A stretch of 64,000 nt of DNA from contig JBOEGD010000024.1 of NCBI GenBank assembly GCA_050633245.1, positions 96,001 through 160,000 on the forward strand, in the 5' to 3' direction. Under the pieces are notes generated by a model. That model was not told the DNA's origin and searched no databases. It was given only the letters and a program-made list of their open reading frames with translations. The stretch's first letter is position 1, and the number at the start of each line of letters is the position of its first letter. Made by a program: the position numbers and the translations under genes. Positions 19,919 to 29,819 of the stretch are shown here, one piece after another. Origin of the DNA: Calditrichia bacterium. Its GTDB lineage: Bacteria > Calditrichota > Calditrichia > RBG-13-44-9 > J075.

Positions 19919-20068
19919 CATTCTGGAAAGAGAGATGTGTTCCATAGGTGCAGTCGATGAGCCATCCCCTGCACTGGAAATGGTATCGGCCTTGTCATTA
20001 GAAGAGGGGGGTGATGTCTTGTTTAGTAATTTAAATTGGGTGAATTCTTTTGCTCATCGGGAAGGCAT

Positions 20069-22165
20069 ATGAAACAAGTGATGCAGTTTCTAATCCTCTG
20101 GCTGTGCCTGTTACCACTTCCAGACTTATTTGCACAAACCATCGATAGTACTACTTTTCTGGATGATAGCCTGTACAATGAAGATAATTTTATCAACCTG
20201 CACCACAATTGGCGGTTTCATGCGGGAGATAATATGGCTTGGGCAAACCCTGCTTTTGATGACGGAGATTGGGAACAAGTCGCTGCGACCGGTTTACTCT
20301 CTACACAGTTGCCCAAAAACGGCTGGAATGGAATTGGTTGGTTTCGCCTTCGTCTTGAAGTCGATTCGTCATTGCGAGGCGTTCCGCTTGCACTGCTGTA
20401 TCGGCAAACTGGTGCGGCTGAGATTTATCTGAACGGCAAGTTGATTCATTCTGTTGGGCGTGTTTCCACTACCCAAGAGAACGAAGAGTCACTTCTCGCT
20501 ACCGAAATCCAGCGACCGTTAAGAATTGTGTTTGATGATAAAACGAATCACCTCCTGGCTATTCGCTATTCCAATTTTCGCAGTGAAACAATTTTTAGAG
20601 AGGGGTTCCCGGCAGGGTTTGAAGTATCGATTGGGGAGTGGCAGTCTGCTTTTACCTATTTGTCTTCGAGAATTAGAATCTGGACGATAAACCAGATGTT
20701 TTTTTCCGGTTTAGCATTAGCATTTTCGCTGTTGTATTTACTATTGTTCTACTTCTATCCCAACATTAGAGCCAACTTGTATTATGCAATATTCACGGGT
20801 AGTGTAGCGATGTTTACCTACCTTGCATTCGAATTGTCCTTCATTTCGAATCCTGATTCCTATCTTTTAAAGCTACAGTTGGTTAAAATTGCTCTGATGT
20901 TGTTTATGATCTCCGGATTACGGTTTTTATACGAGCTTTATTACCCATACCCGCCCCCTCAGTTTCGCATTCTTGTTGTTGGTGCGATGATCGTTTGTAT
21001 TGGTGTTTTATATGTCCAGTTAGCATATGCGTATCTTTACTCAATTCTGATATCGGTAGAAATGTTGCGGGTTGCAATCTACGCAATTTACCGAAAGCAA
21101 GAGGGTGCCTGGATAATTGGAGTTGGATTTTTACTTTTTGTCTGCGCTTGCATCTATCAGATACTGATGTCAATTGATATATTGAGCGCTTTAAGCGACT
21201 GGTTTGAAGTAATCTTTTTGTATGGACTTGCCGGACTTCTTGTCTCGATGTCTGTGTATCTGGCGAGAGTTTTTGCCCGGACAAACAAAGATCTGGAAGA
21301 CTCCAATAGGACGCTGGAACAAAAAGTCATAATCCGCACGGAGGAATTGAATAGTAGAAACACTGAGCTTGAAGAAACCCTGAAGCAGCTTGCTCAGACT
21401 CAGAATCAACTCATCCTGCAGGCAAAGATGGCCTCTTTGGGAAATCTTGTAGCAGGTGTTACCCATGAGCTGAATACGCCGTTGGGCGCAATCAAGAGTA
21501 TGAATGACACATTAGGCCGGGCAATGTTGAAATTACAGAGGGTACTTGGTCTTACTATTTCTGCGGACAGTGAAGACCAGCAGAAAATTCAGTCAATTTT
21601 TACCGTATTAGGTAAGATTAACCGAGAGATGACGACTGGTGTAGAGCGGGTAGCGTCTGTGGTGAGCAATCTAAAAGATTTTGCCCGACTGGACGAAGCA
21701 AAGTATCAAGTAACCGACATTCACGAGAGTATTGAAACTGCTCTGACTCTGCTTGCAACTCAGGTTGGGGATAATATTACGATTATTAGGGACTATGATG
21801 CGGATCTACAGCCTATTAACTGTTCAGCAGGGCAGATAAACCAACTATTTATGCACCTGATAAAGAATGCTTTACAGGCAATAGAGGGTGTTGGAGAAGT
21901 TCGAATCCACACTCATCAAAATCGCGAAGCCGTGTCCATAAAAATTAGTGACAGTGGCAGAGGAATTGAACCGAAGCAGCTTGAGCAGGTTTTTGACTTC
22001 AACTTTAACTCGAGTGACTCAAGGGTGAAGATGGGGTTTGGTTTACCCACAGCATATCAAATTGTTAAAGACCATAAGGGTGAGATTCACATTGATAGCG
22101 AACCGGGAAAAGGCACTGATGTTATGGTTACTCTGAGGGATTCTCTAATGCAGGAGCCGGCTTAA
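20069..22165 (+). CDS. Sensor histidine kinase with periplasmic sugar-binding-like domain and 7TM-DISM-like membrane domain
   Basis: WRFHAGDN...GIGWFR periplasmic domain, about 7 TM helices, H-box AGVTHELNTPL, N-box NALQA, DSGRGI, SEPGKGT. Confidence 0.88.
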   Translation: MKQVMQFLILWLCLLPLPDLFAQTIDSTTFLDDSLYNEDNFINLHHNWRFHAGDNMAWANPAFDDGDWEQVAATGLLSTQLPKNGWNGIGWFRLRLEVDSSLRGVPLALLYRQTGAAEIYLNGKLIHSVGRVSTTQENEESLLATEIQRPLRIVFDDKTNHLLAIRYSNFRSETIFREGFPAGFEVSIGEWQSAFTYLSSRIRIWTINQMFFSGLALAFSLLYLLLFYFYPNIRANLYYAIFTGSVAMFTYLAFELSFISNPDSYLLKLQLVKIALMLFMISGLRFLYELYYPYPPPQFRILVVGAMIVCIGVLYVQLAYAYLYSILISVEMLRVAIYAIYRKQEGAWIIGVGFLLFVCACIYQILMSIDILSALSDWFEVIFLYGLAGLLVSMSVYLARVFARTNKDLEDSNRTLEQKVIIRTEELNSRNTELEETLKQLAQTQNQLILQAKMASLGNLVAGVTHELNTPLGAIKSMNDTLGRAMLKLQRVLGLTISADSEDQQKIQSIFTVLGKINREMTTGVERVASVVSNLKDFARLDEAKYQVTDIHESIETALTLLATQVGDNITIIRDYDADLQPINCSAGQINQLFMHLIKNALQAIEGVGEVRIHTHQNREAVSIKISDSGRGIEPKQLEQVFDFNFNSSDSRVKMGFGLPTAYQIVKDHKGEIHIDSEPGKGTDVMVTLRDSLMQEPA

Positions 22166-22245
22166 ACAGACGTGAATAGCGGATAAATAAATATCTTTTG
22201 GGGTGTTTTTAGGACAGTCGACTTATCTAACGGGAATTGTGAAAG

Positions 22246-23655
22246 ATGAACATATACTTGCAAATTTTCTTTAGTACGCTATGTGCTGCATATGGTGTGA
22301 TTCACGCTATTTTATTTTTTTTTAACCGCCAGTTAAAAAGTCATCTCTATTTTGCACTGTGCTCATTTTTTTATGCAATTAGTGTCTTTTTTGACTTTCA
22401 GGAAGCCCTGACTACCGACCCTGCAGATAAACTGTTTTATCTGAGAATACATCGGGCTAGTATGGCGCCGGTTCTGATTTTTGCTCTCCTGTATAATTAC
22501 TCTTTCCTGAGTATTCAACTTCCAAAACAATTTTGGGTAGTCGCGCTACTGCTGATAGCTGCATCAACTGTTGCGGTATTTGAACCGCGCGGCAATTTTA
22601 TTTATTTGCAGCTGGTCATGATTGTCGTATTAATTGAAATATTCAGAGTAATTCGTTTTGGGATTAAGAGCAATATTTCCGGCGCATGGATATTTGCAAT
22701 CGGCTTTTTCTTTCTTTGTTTTTTTGTTTCTTATGATTTATTAGTCGATCTGGGACTGATAAATATGTTCTACAGCTTCCATTACGGCTCTACCGTAGGC
22801 TTTGTCGGCCTGATCATTTCCATGTCGGTATATTTGGCTCAAGACTTTGCGAAGACAAATAAACGCATATTAGAAGAGCAGCGCCATTCTGCCAGCATTG
22901 AACTGAAGCAGCGCGTACTTGAAGTAGAGGATGCACGAAAATCGCAAGAGCTTGATGAAGCCCGTAAGCTACAGCTTTCCATGTTGCCTCTTTGCATTGA
23001 TGAAGTGGAAGGGTTCGATATTTGTTTTGAGATGAATCCTGCCACAGAGGTCGGTGGCGATTACTATGACTATCGTGTTACAGACGATGGTACATTGACC
23101 TTGGTCGTTGGAGATGCCACCGGGCATGGGATGAAAGCAGGCATTATGGTCTCGGTTATGAAAAGCTTGTTCATAGCGCTTGATAGTCAGGATGATATCC
23201 CTACCTTTTTTCAAAGATGCTCTCGCATCATCAAGCGAATGAATCTGGGGAATTTATATATGGCTCTCATGGTTGTTCGGATCAAAGACGGCAACTTAAT
23301 CTGTTCGTCAGCGGGCATGCCGCCTCTTTGGATATATAGAGCTTTAACAGATACGGTGGAAGAATTTGTTATTAAAGGTATGCCTTTGGGGGCATTCGAT
23401 TCATTCTCTTATAAAATAATCGAAACAGAATTAGCCTCCGGAGATGTGGTGCTATTAATGTCTGACGGCTTATCTGAAATGTTCAATAAAAGAAATGAGA
23501 TGCTTGATGATCCGCGAATTATGCAGGCATTTAAAGAAGCTGCCAAGATGCCTGCCGATCAGATAGCTCAGAGGTTGATTTCAACCGGAGAAAGCTGGAG
23601 GGATGGGCGAAGTCAGGAAGATGACGTTACAATTGGTGTCTTAAGGATAAACTAA
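22246..23655 (+). CDS. PP2C/SpoIIE-family (RsbU-like) phosphatase with 7TM domain
   Basis: EVGGDYYD, VGDATGHG, SAGMPP, SDGL, DDVT motifs. Confidence 0.88.
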   Translation: MNIYLQIFFSTLCAAYGVIHAILFFFNRQLKSHLYFALCSFFYAISVFFDFQEALTTDPADKLFYLRIHRASMAPVLIFALLYNYSFLSIQLPKQFWVVALLLIAASTVAVFEPRGNFIYLQLVMIVVLIEIFRVIRFGIKSNISGAWIFAIGFFFLCFFVSYDLLVDLGLINMFYSFHYGSTVGFVGLIISMSVYLAQDFAKTNKRILEEQRHSASIELKQRVLEVEDARKSQELDEARKLQLSMLPLCIDEVEGFDICFEMNPATEVGGDYYDYRVTDDGTLTLVVGDATGHGMKAGIMVSVMKSLFIALDSQDDIPTFFQRCSRIIKRMNLGNLYMALMVVRIKDGNLICSSAGMPPLWIYRALTDTVEEFVIKGMPLGAFDSFSYKIIETELASGDVVLLMSDGLSEMFNKRNEMLDDPRIMQAFKEAAKMPADQIAQRLISTGESWRDGRSQEDDVTIGVLRIN

Positions 23656-23706
23656 AGAGGTTTTACAAGTGCTTTTTTAAAATTACCAGGTTTGCAGGAG
23701 AACCAA

Positions 23707-24228
23707 ATGAGATCTCAATTTACTCTTAAAGTAGCAATGTATGGGTTGTTTTACTTATGTACTTGCGGAATTGCCCAGGATTCAACGTTGATCAATTTTA
23801 AGCTAAAGGACCAGTTTGATAAGAAATATACAAAGGCAACCTGGGAAGGCCAGATACTGGTCATAATTGGCAGTGATAGAGAAGGCAGCAAATATAGCAG
23901 CTCCTGGGGCAGTGCCATTTCCGATTCCATGTCAGGTGATCCCAACTATAGTAACATACAAATAGCTGGGCTGTCGGACCTTCGAGGGGTGCCGTTTTTT
24001 CTAAAAAGCTATGTCCGCGGAAAATTTCCCAAGGAGAAACATCAGTGGGTACTAATGGACTGGAAGGGTCTTTTTCCCAAAACCTACCAATTTAGGGAGA
24101 AACTGAGTAATATTCTCATTTTTGGAACAGATGGGAGACTCATTTATCAGACATCAGTAGCTGAAATGGATCTTTCAAAATTGAAAATGATAGTCAGTAT
24201 ACTTACAAATGAACTTAACCATAAATGA
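23707..24228 (+). CDS. Secreted hypothetical protein, possible thioredoxin-like fold without CxxC
   Basis: AGGAG RBS; signal peptide; FKLKDQF motif and terminal ILIFGTDGRLIY. Confidence 0.6.
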   Translation: MRSQFTLKVAMYGLFYLCTCGIAQDSTLINFKLKDQFDKKYTKATWEGQILVIIGSDREGSKYSSSWGSAISDSMSGDPNYSNIQIAGLSDLRGVPFFLKSYVRGKFPKEKHQWVLMDWKGLFPKTYQFREKLSNILIFGTDGRLIYQTSVAEMDLSKLKMIVSILTNELNHK

Positions 24229-24373
24229 TGCGAATTTCTTTGGCTTTTCCTGGTTCAATTGCCTTTGCCTAAATATGGTCTTGATAAATATTTCTTTTCT
24301 GCACAACCAAAAAGCCGTAGTTTTCTACGGCTTTTTTCTTTTAGAACATACTTTAACAAATGAGGAATACATT

Positions 24374-25138
24374 ATGCAACGTTTATCGCTGCTCCTTGCC
24401 ACCCTGGTATTAATGTTTGGGATTACGACAGTCTCGGCCCAGGATAACAAGAACCCGGCAATGGAAGGTTTTAACGCTGAAGGATCGGACGCCAAGGCAA
24501 TTGCAATTGCCGATGAGGTTGTCGCCGCACATGGTGGCCGCGCCAATTGGGACAATACCCGTTATGTCAGCTGGAAGTTTATGGGCGGGCGCATGCACGT
24601 TTGGGACAAATGGACCGGCAACATTCGTGTAGAAGGAAAGACTACTACAGTTTTAATGAATTTGCATACCATGAAAGGCAAGGCCTGGAAACAGGGCGAA
24701 GAAGTTGTGCAGCCAGACTCGCTGGAAAAGCTAATGAAGTGGGGAGAGGCCGTTTGGATTAACGACGGTTACTGGATGTTTCTACCGTTCAAGCTAAAGG
24801 ATTCTGGTGTAACGCTGAAATATCATGCCGAAGGTACAACTGCCGATGGACGAAAAGCAGACGTGCTGCAGTTGACCTTTGAAGAGGTTGGCAGAACCCC
24901 TGAAAACAAATATCTGGTCTATGTGGATGCCGAGACGCGCCTGCTGACACAGTGGGATTTCTACACCAAATTCGATGACCCGGAGCCGCGATTTACAACG
25001 CCTTGGGCAAACTGGCAGCCGTATGGTAAAATCCTTTTATCTGCAGATCGCGGTAAATACCAACACAGCAATATAAAAGTGTTCGATACGCTTCCGGAGA
25101 GTGTTTTTACAACGCCGGATGCCGTTACGCTCCCTTAA
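24374..25138 (+). CDS. Secreted hypothetical protein (DUF6503-like)
   Basis: GAGG RBS before ATG 24374; signal peptide; AHGG..NW, NDGYWMFLPFKL.D.G, TPENKY motifs. Confidence 0.7.
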   Translation: MQRLSLLLATLVLMFGITTVSAQDNKNPAMEGFNAEGSDAKAIAIADEVVAAHGGRANWDNTRYVSWKFMGGRMHVWDKWTGNIRVEGKTTTVLMNLHTMKGKAWKQGEEVVQPDSLEKLMKWGEAVWINDGYWMFLPFKLKDSGVTLKYHAEGTTADGRKADVLQLTFEEVGRTPENKYLVYVDAETRLLTQWDFYTKFDDPEPRFTTPWANWQPYGKILLSADRGKYQHSNIKVFDTLPESVFTTPDAVTLP

Positions 25139-25151
25139 GTTATCTCTTTTG

Positions 25152-25182
25152 CGATATCCCGGCGCACTGCGTCGGGATATCG
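25152..25182 (+). terminator. Hairpin terminator
   Basis: CGATATCCCGGCGC...GCGTCGGGATATCG inverted repeat just after the stop. Confidence 0.65.
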
Positions 25183-25323
25183 GTTTATGTGTGCAAATAT
25201 TTTACACTGCTACCTGTTTTAGCTGTAAAAAGTCTTAACACTCTCCCTCTTCTGACACCTATCTGGTTTACAATACTTACGCAAATAGTCGAGAAATCGA
25301 CACGTTGACGCATTTTTCGTGTT

Positions 25324-25339
25324 TGGTACGCATATTGCA
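25324..25339 (+). promoter_or_regulatory. Candidate sigma54 (-24/-12) promoter
   Basis: TGGTAC-GCATA-TTGCA matches TGGCAC-N5-TTGC spacing. Confidence 0.55.
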
Positions 25340-25480
25340 AAATAAAAGGCGTGTCATTGCCGGGAAGCTAGCAGGCTTCCACCCGAATTACGTTTTTCAA
25401 TTGCAAGAATGGATTCTTGAGTTCATACGGCAGACGGAGCTAGTGCAGTAGTTAAAATGTAATGTGGAGAGCCCGCTAAT

Positions 25481-25999
25481 ATGCGATTTATAACGCTATT
25501 TCTGATGATGTTTTTGGCCATCGCAACCTTTCTGATGTATTCAATTGTAACCGGAAGAGAAGCGGTGATGGAGAAGCCGGAAACGCTAACGCTCGTTAAG
25601 AACGTGCAATACACGCCTGAATCACCTCCAGGCCCTGTGGCAGAAGAAGTAGAATTCCGAGGAGTTCGGAAGGAAGTTAGACGAGAGGATCTGAAAACAT
25701 TCTTTATTGGCGTTACCGGTTATGGTGATGTAGAAAAGCTAATTACCATGGACATTGACGTGAACAGAGGAATACCGGATTCGCTTGAGAATACCATCGA
25801 GTTTTATTATGTTCTCAACACAAAACGCTTTCGTGAAGAGGGTTATGGAATTGTGTTTACAGACATCGACTCGGTGGCTTTTATAGAAAAAACTACCGGA
25901 AAGACGATTTTCGGTAAACTGTATCGCGAGGGAGAAGAACTCGTGTTTGAATCAAACAATCAGGATTCCAATCTGATGTGGAAAATGAAGGAGAAGTAG
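25481..25999 (+). CDS. Hypothetical protein with N-terminal membrane anchor
   Basis: GGAG RBS; hydrophobic N-terminus; 1 nt from the next gene. Confidence 0.65.
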   Translation: MRFITLFLMMFLAIATFLMYSIVTGREAVMEKPETLTLVKNVQYTPESPPGPVAEEVEFRGVRKEVRREDLKTFFIGVTGYGDVEKLITMDIDVNRGIPDSLENTIEFYYVLNTKRFREEGYGIVFTDIDSVAFIEKTTGKTIFGKLYREGEELVFESNNQDSNLMWKMKEK

Positions 26000-26000
26000 T

Positions 26001-26858
26001 ATGAGGTATACCATTCTTATGTTGGCCGTGTTGGCATTTGCCGGATGTGCCGACAAGGAAAAACTGGCGGATGTTGAGATGCAAAACGCCGAGCTGAAAG
26101 TTCAGCTGGATTCTCTCACAACCGATATGAGCCTCAAGGAAGAGTATGTAAAAGAGTTTACGCAGACGATTAACGAGGTTTACGATAACCTTGAGAATAT
26201 TCGTAAGCGTGAAAATCTTATTACAAAGTATTCAAAGGATATTGAAAAGCAGGACAATACTAAGCCGCGTGAGCGAATGCTTGCTAATATTAAGAGTATA
26301 GACGACATGTTGCAAAAGAGTAAGAAGCAGATCAGAACGCTGAAGAGCAAGAGCTACTCCGCAGGGAAAAGCTCCGTTGCGCTTCAGGAAACCGTTGATC
26401 GCCTGCAGAAGACTCTTGAAGAGAAAGAGCAGTATATCGCCGAGATCAAGCTGGAAATTGACGATCTGAACAATCGTGTTGCTCAGGTTGAAGAAGAACT
26501 GCTTACCAAAAATGCCATGCTCGAGCAGCAATCTGAAGTTCTTAACAAAGCGTTCTATATTGTTGGAACAGAAGACGAACTGAAAGAAAAGGGTATTATT
26601 AAAGAAGAAGGTGGTCTTTTTGGTCTGCGCAAGGCAAAGAAGGTTGCTGAAAACTTTCCATCCGATGAATTTGTTTCTGCAGATAAGATCAACACAAATA
26701 TTATTCCGATCTCTGCTTCCAGCGTTAAGCTGATCTCACCGCACAACACCGACTCATATCATCTGGTGAAGCGCGAAGACAACAGCACACATCTGGAAAT
26801 TATTGATGCAGATGAGTTCTGGAAGATTCAGTACTGTGTTATTATGACCAAAGGTTAA
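26001..26858 (+). CDS. Coiled-coil lipoprotein (resembles Cbp1-like Bacteroidota proteins)
   Basis: Lipobox FAGC; long heptad region; C-terminal AFYIVGT..ELKEKGII..EGGLFG and I.D..EFW pattern. Confidence 0.75.
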   Translation: MRYTILMLAVLAFAGCADKEKLADVEMQNAELKVQLDSLTTDMSLKEEYVKEFTQTINEVYDNLENIRKRENLITKYSKDIEKQDNTKPRERMLANIKSIDDMLQKSKKQIRTLKSKSYSAGKSSVALQETVDRLQKTLEEKEQYIAEIKLEIDDLNNRVAQVEEELLTKNAMLEQQSEVLNKAFYIVGTEDELKEKGIIKEEGGLFGLRKAKKVAENFPSDEFVSADKINTNIIPISASSVKLISPHNTDSYHLVKREDNSTHLEIIDADEFWKIQYCVIMTKG

Positions 26859-26873
26859 CCCCCTTTGTGCCTC

Positions 26874-26906
26874 AGCGGAGCGGTTCTACCGCTCCGCTAT
26901 TTTTTT
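26874..26906 (+). terminator. Intrinsic terminator
   Basis: AGCGGAGCGGT/ACCGCTCCGCT stem followed by a T tract. Confidence 0.75.
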
Positions 26907-26996
26907 CCTCTGCTTATAACATCCGAAATATTGCCGATCAACGTATGTATAACACCAGTGTTCATTCTAATCAACATCTTTACAAGGGAGTTACCG

Positions 26997-27155
26997 ATGA
27001 ATCGGTTTTCTCAATCAACTATTTCTAAAGCGAAGTATTATCGCGAAGTAATTAAGCGAGATCAATTCTGTGGTTTGAAAGGGATTTTTTGGGGAACGGC
27101 GCTTTCGCTGCCGCTTTGGGGGGCCTTACTGAGCCTGTTTAAATGGCTTTTATAG
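26997..27155 (+). CDS. Possible 52-aa small membrane protein
   Basis: GGGAG RBS, ATG 26997, C-terminal hydrophobic helix GIFWGTALSLPLWGALL. Confidence 0.45.
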   Translation: MNRFSQSTISKAKYYREVIKRDQFCGLKGIFWGTALSLPLWGALLSLFKWLL

Positions 27156-28068
27156 TGCTTGAAACATTCGTTCTCGAATAGGCAATTAGGCGGTGTTGCT
27201 TCGTTGCCGTCGGCTCTGCCTTATTGCATCCTGACCATTCTTTTGGCCCGCTTTTCGTTTCAATTGTAATCTCATAGCTTTCTTCATCCACCTTGAATAC
27301 AGCCGTTGTCCTGGAATCGCTACCCATTGTGAAATGGACTAAAGTAACTGATTTGGCGCGAAAGTTATTTAGTTCAGTGCGCAGTAAATGCTCTGCAGCC
27401 TGAACCGACTTTGCACGACCGGTGCATCCGCGATAAATCAAGGGTAGAATCTCTCCATTTAATATTGCTTCTGCTGCCTGGAGCGTATCACTTATTGTAA
27501 CCCGACCATAGCATGCTCCGGAAGGAAAATGCATGAATGTTGGTGCGTATTTATGCCCGCCAAAGTGGGAGCACTGCCACACGTCTTTGCCATAATAATT
27601 GCAAAGAGAGTTGTAAACGGGGATGCCGAACTTTGCGCAACAGCGATCTCGCTTGCCATTGGTACACACCAGAAAAAGATTGCCGGAATTAACATCCGAT
27701 GCCGACTCATTCTCATAAAACGATGCTAAATCGAGATTCAACAGATCTTCATGTGTCGCGAGATTGTACTGCCTCATACGCGCTGTTTCTCTATTGGAAA
27801 AAAGAAACAGTTTTAGGTTGGGCTCCTGTCTACGCTCCGGCTTTTTAATAAATAACACCTTCAGTCCGGCTATACTCTCGGTAAGATGTTGCAGTGTATC
27901 TTTTACCTCACGCGGAAGGGAGCTATATGGCAATACCTTCGGGCCCCACGGGCCACGATATTCCAGCAGGAGCCAGCGGGTTGCTTCGGGGGCACTACCG
28001 AACAGCGCCCCTTTACCAGCCTGCGAACAGTATAAAATGTCTTGTATGTTTTTTTCAGAACTATCCAT
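27139..28068 (-). CDS. Sucrase/ferredoxin-like (Apd1/Aim32-type) [2Fe-2S] protein
   Basis: WLLLEY.GPW, VCTNGKRDRCCAKFG, WQCSHFGGHKYAP motifs. Confidence 0.88.
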   Translation of the reverse strand: MDSSEKNIQDILYCSQAGKGALFGSAPEATRWLLLEYRGPWGPKVLPYSSLPREVKDTLQHLTESIAGLKVLFIKKPERRQEPNLKLFLFSNRETARMRQYNLATHEDLLNLDLASFYENESASDVNSGNLFLVCTNGKRDRCCAKFGIPVYNSLCNYYGKDVWQCSHFGGHKYAPTFMHFPSGACYGRVTISDTLQAAEAILNGEILPLIYRGCTGRAKSVQAAEHLLRTELNNFRAKSVTLVHFTMGSDSRTTAVFKVDEESYEITIETKSGPKEWSGCNKAEPTATKQHRLIAYSRTNVSSTIKAI

Positions 28069-28203
28069 TTTTACACGCCATTATTTTTCACGGTCTAAAA
28101 AAGGCAGGAAGTTCTGTTAAATCAAGGTTTTTTGAAACGGAGAATCATTATGAAAGGACGCTTCGCTGTAAGATGCTGCGTTTGCAGGATGCTTTAACTT
28201 CGG

Positions 28204-28776
28204 TTAAAACGGATCAAAGATTTCTACTCTCTGCTCAACGATCGGCGTTGCGGTAAACTCCAGAAGCAGTGTGAATCGTGTTACTTCGGGAAATGCTTCG
28301 CCGGTTACATGGACGGTTACCAGACTGCCGCTGTTGCCCTCGACAATGTCTTCCAGTGCGAGGTTGAGTAGGTCAACTCCATTGCTATTTAAGGATATCT
28401 CTTTGCGCTCACCGATTGAATCTCCCAGCAGAAGTCCGTCTACAGAGAAAAGAACTTCTTCCGCAGATCCGTCATAGCTTAAACCGAATGAAGCATTCGC
28501 AGCCGAATGGGCATTGTCTGTATCCAGAATCGCAAAGCTCATTCCTTCAATTTTCGTCTCGCGAATCTCTTCAAAGCCAAATTCTCCTTGAAGCTGATTG
28601 CGAATTTCTTCTGCGATATCGAGTCCATTTACTGTTTCTGTAACGTCAAAAGTATTGTTGTTCTGTACATTTATATTCAGGACTACCGCAAAGCTGGTAG
28701 GGAAAGGCAGATAAACTATTTTTTCTACACAGCTACTGCTGAACAGGCAGATAAAAAGCAGGATTGATAAACGCAT
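28204..28776 (-). CDS. Hypothetical lipoprotein
   Basis: Start at ATG 28776 (GGAG RBS); lipobox FSSSC. Confidence 0.7.
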   Translation of the reverse strand: MRLSILLFICLFSSSCVEKIVYLPFPTSFAVVLNINVQNNNTFDVTETVNGLDIAEEIRNQLQGEFGFEEIRETKIEGMSFAILDTDNAHSAANASFGLSYDGSAEEVLFSVDGLLLGDSIGERKEISLNSNGVDLLNLALEDIVEGNSGSLVTVHVTGEAFPEVTRFTLLLEFTATPIVEQRVEIFDPF

Positions 28777-28816
28777 ATATTTTTCTCCAATATTGTCTTT
28801 ACTCTTTCGTATTTTC

Positions 28817-28901
28817 CACCCAGTCACCCAGTCACCCAGTCACCCAGTCACCCAGTCACCCAGTCACCCAGTCACCCAGTCACCCAGTCACCCAGTCACC
28901 C
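28817..28901. repeat. Perfect 8-bp tandem repeat (CACCCAGT) x10.6
   Basis: Read directly; abuts the stop codon of the upstream minus-strand gene at 28902. Confidence 0.97.
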
Positions 28902-29780
28902 TTAAAGGCCAAAGCTGACACCGGTATTCAACACCTGTTGGCTTCCCATACTGTAATCCATGCTGATGTGAAGTATGTAGAGATCGAAGGCAAAGCCTGC
29001 GAAAACCCGAAACTTGTTATCGCCTGTTAACTCGAGTTTTATTTCTTCCGTGCCGTTATTCGGTGTATACTCAATGTCTGTTGAATTTGACTCTATACCC
29101 AGTCCTCCAAACACCTGAAAGAATGGCACTCGTTTACCAACCTCGGCATGAAAATAGGTCTGATTAATATCAATTATCGAGCCCAACTTCAAATCGGTAT
29201 AGGCGAAGCCTGCTGCCAAATCGACCGGGCTATTCGGAATATATTGGCTAATGCTATGGCGTAGCCCCAGTCCAAATAAACGCAGTTCACCGACATCATC
29301 TGATGGTGTTACAGACAAATAGCGAATAGCTGCATCAGTACCCAAAACACTTCCTATAGTTAGCGTTGGGGTGATTGTGGCGAGGGCGCTTAGGTCGTAG
29401 CCGCCTGGAAAGGTATAGCTGGTATTTCCATCACCATTCACGGTTGTGCCGGTTCCGTCCCCAACGATTGTGCTGGTTTCAGCGGTCTGCACGGGTACAA
29501 AAAAGCCTTCTGTTGAAGCCATGAACGTGCGCTGCTCATCCGAAAAGAATGCCGCCATCGCGTTTACCCGCAGATCGAGATGAAATCCTGTCTTTGGCAC
29601 ATATGCACCAACAAAGTATCCGCTGTTTAAGTTCGCGCCCAATCCGGTAATCAGTGGATTCACATAACCGTCTACATTGTCGCCGGTGTAGCGCTGAATC
29701 AGCTCGTCCAGGTTTTGAGCGTTTAATGGTAAAGCTGATGCAATTAAAAATAGCAGAAATAATTTGCGAAAAAATATCAT
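28902..29780 (-). CDS. Outer-membrane beta-barrel protein (DUF6588-like)
   Basis: Signal peptide; Y..PL..G.GANLNSG, FGLGLRHSISQY; amphipathic beta strands ending GVSFGL. Confidence 0.72.
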   Translation of the reverse strand: MIFFRKLFLLFLIASALPLNAQNLDELIQRYTGDNVDGYVNPLITGLGANLNSGYFVGAYVPKTGFHLDLRVNAMAAFFSDEQRTFMASTEGFFVPVQTAETSTIVGDGTGTTVNGDGNTSYTFPGGYDLSALATITPTLTIGSVLGTDAAIRYLSVTPSDDVGELRLFGLGLRHSISQYIPNSPVDLAAGFAYTDLKLGSIIDINQTYFHAEVGKRVPFFQVFGGLGIESNSTDIEYTPNNGTEEIKLELTGDNKFRVFAGFAFDLYILHISMDYSMGSQQVLNTGVSFGL

Positions 29781-29819
29781 TGTAGTCTCACGATTTTGTT
29801 TCTAATTCCAGCGTGATCT

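Noticed and set aside
28764-29030. ORF with TQSPSHPV peptide repeats
   Set aside because: It is only the translation of the 8-bp DNA repeat, antisense to and overlapping two better-supported genes.
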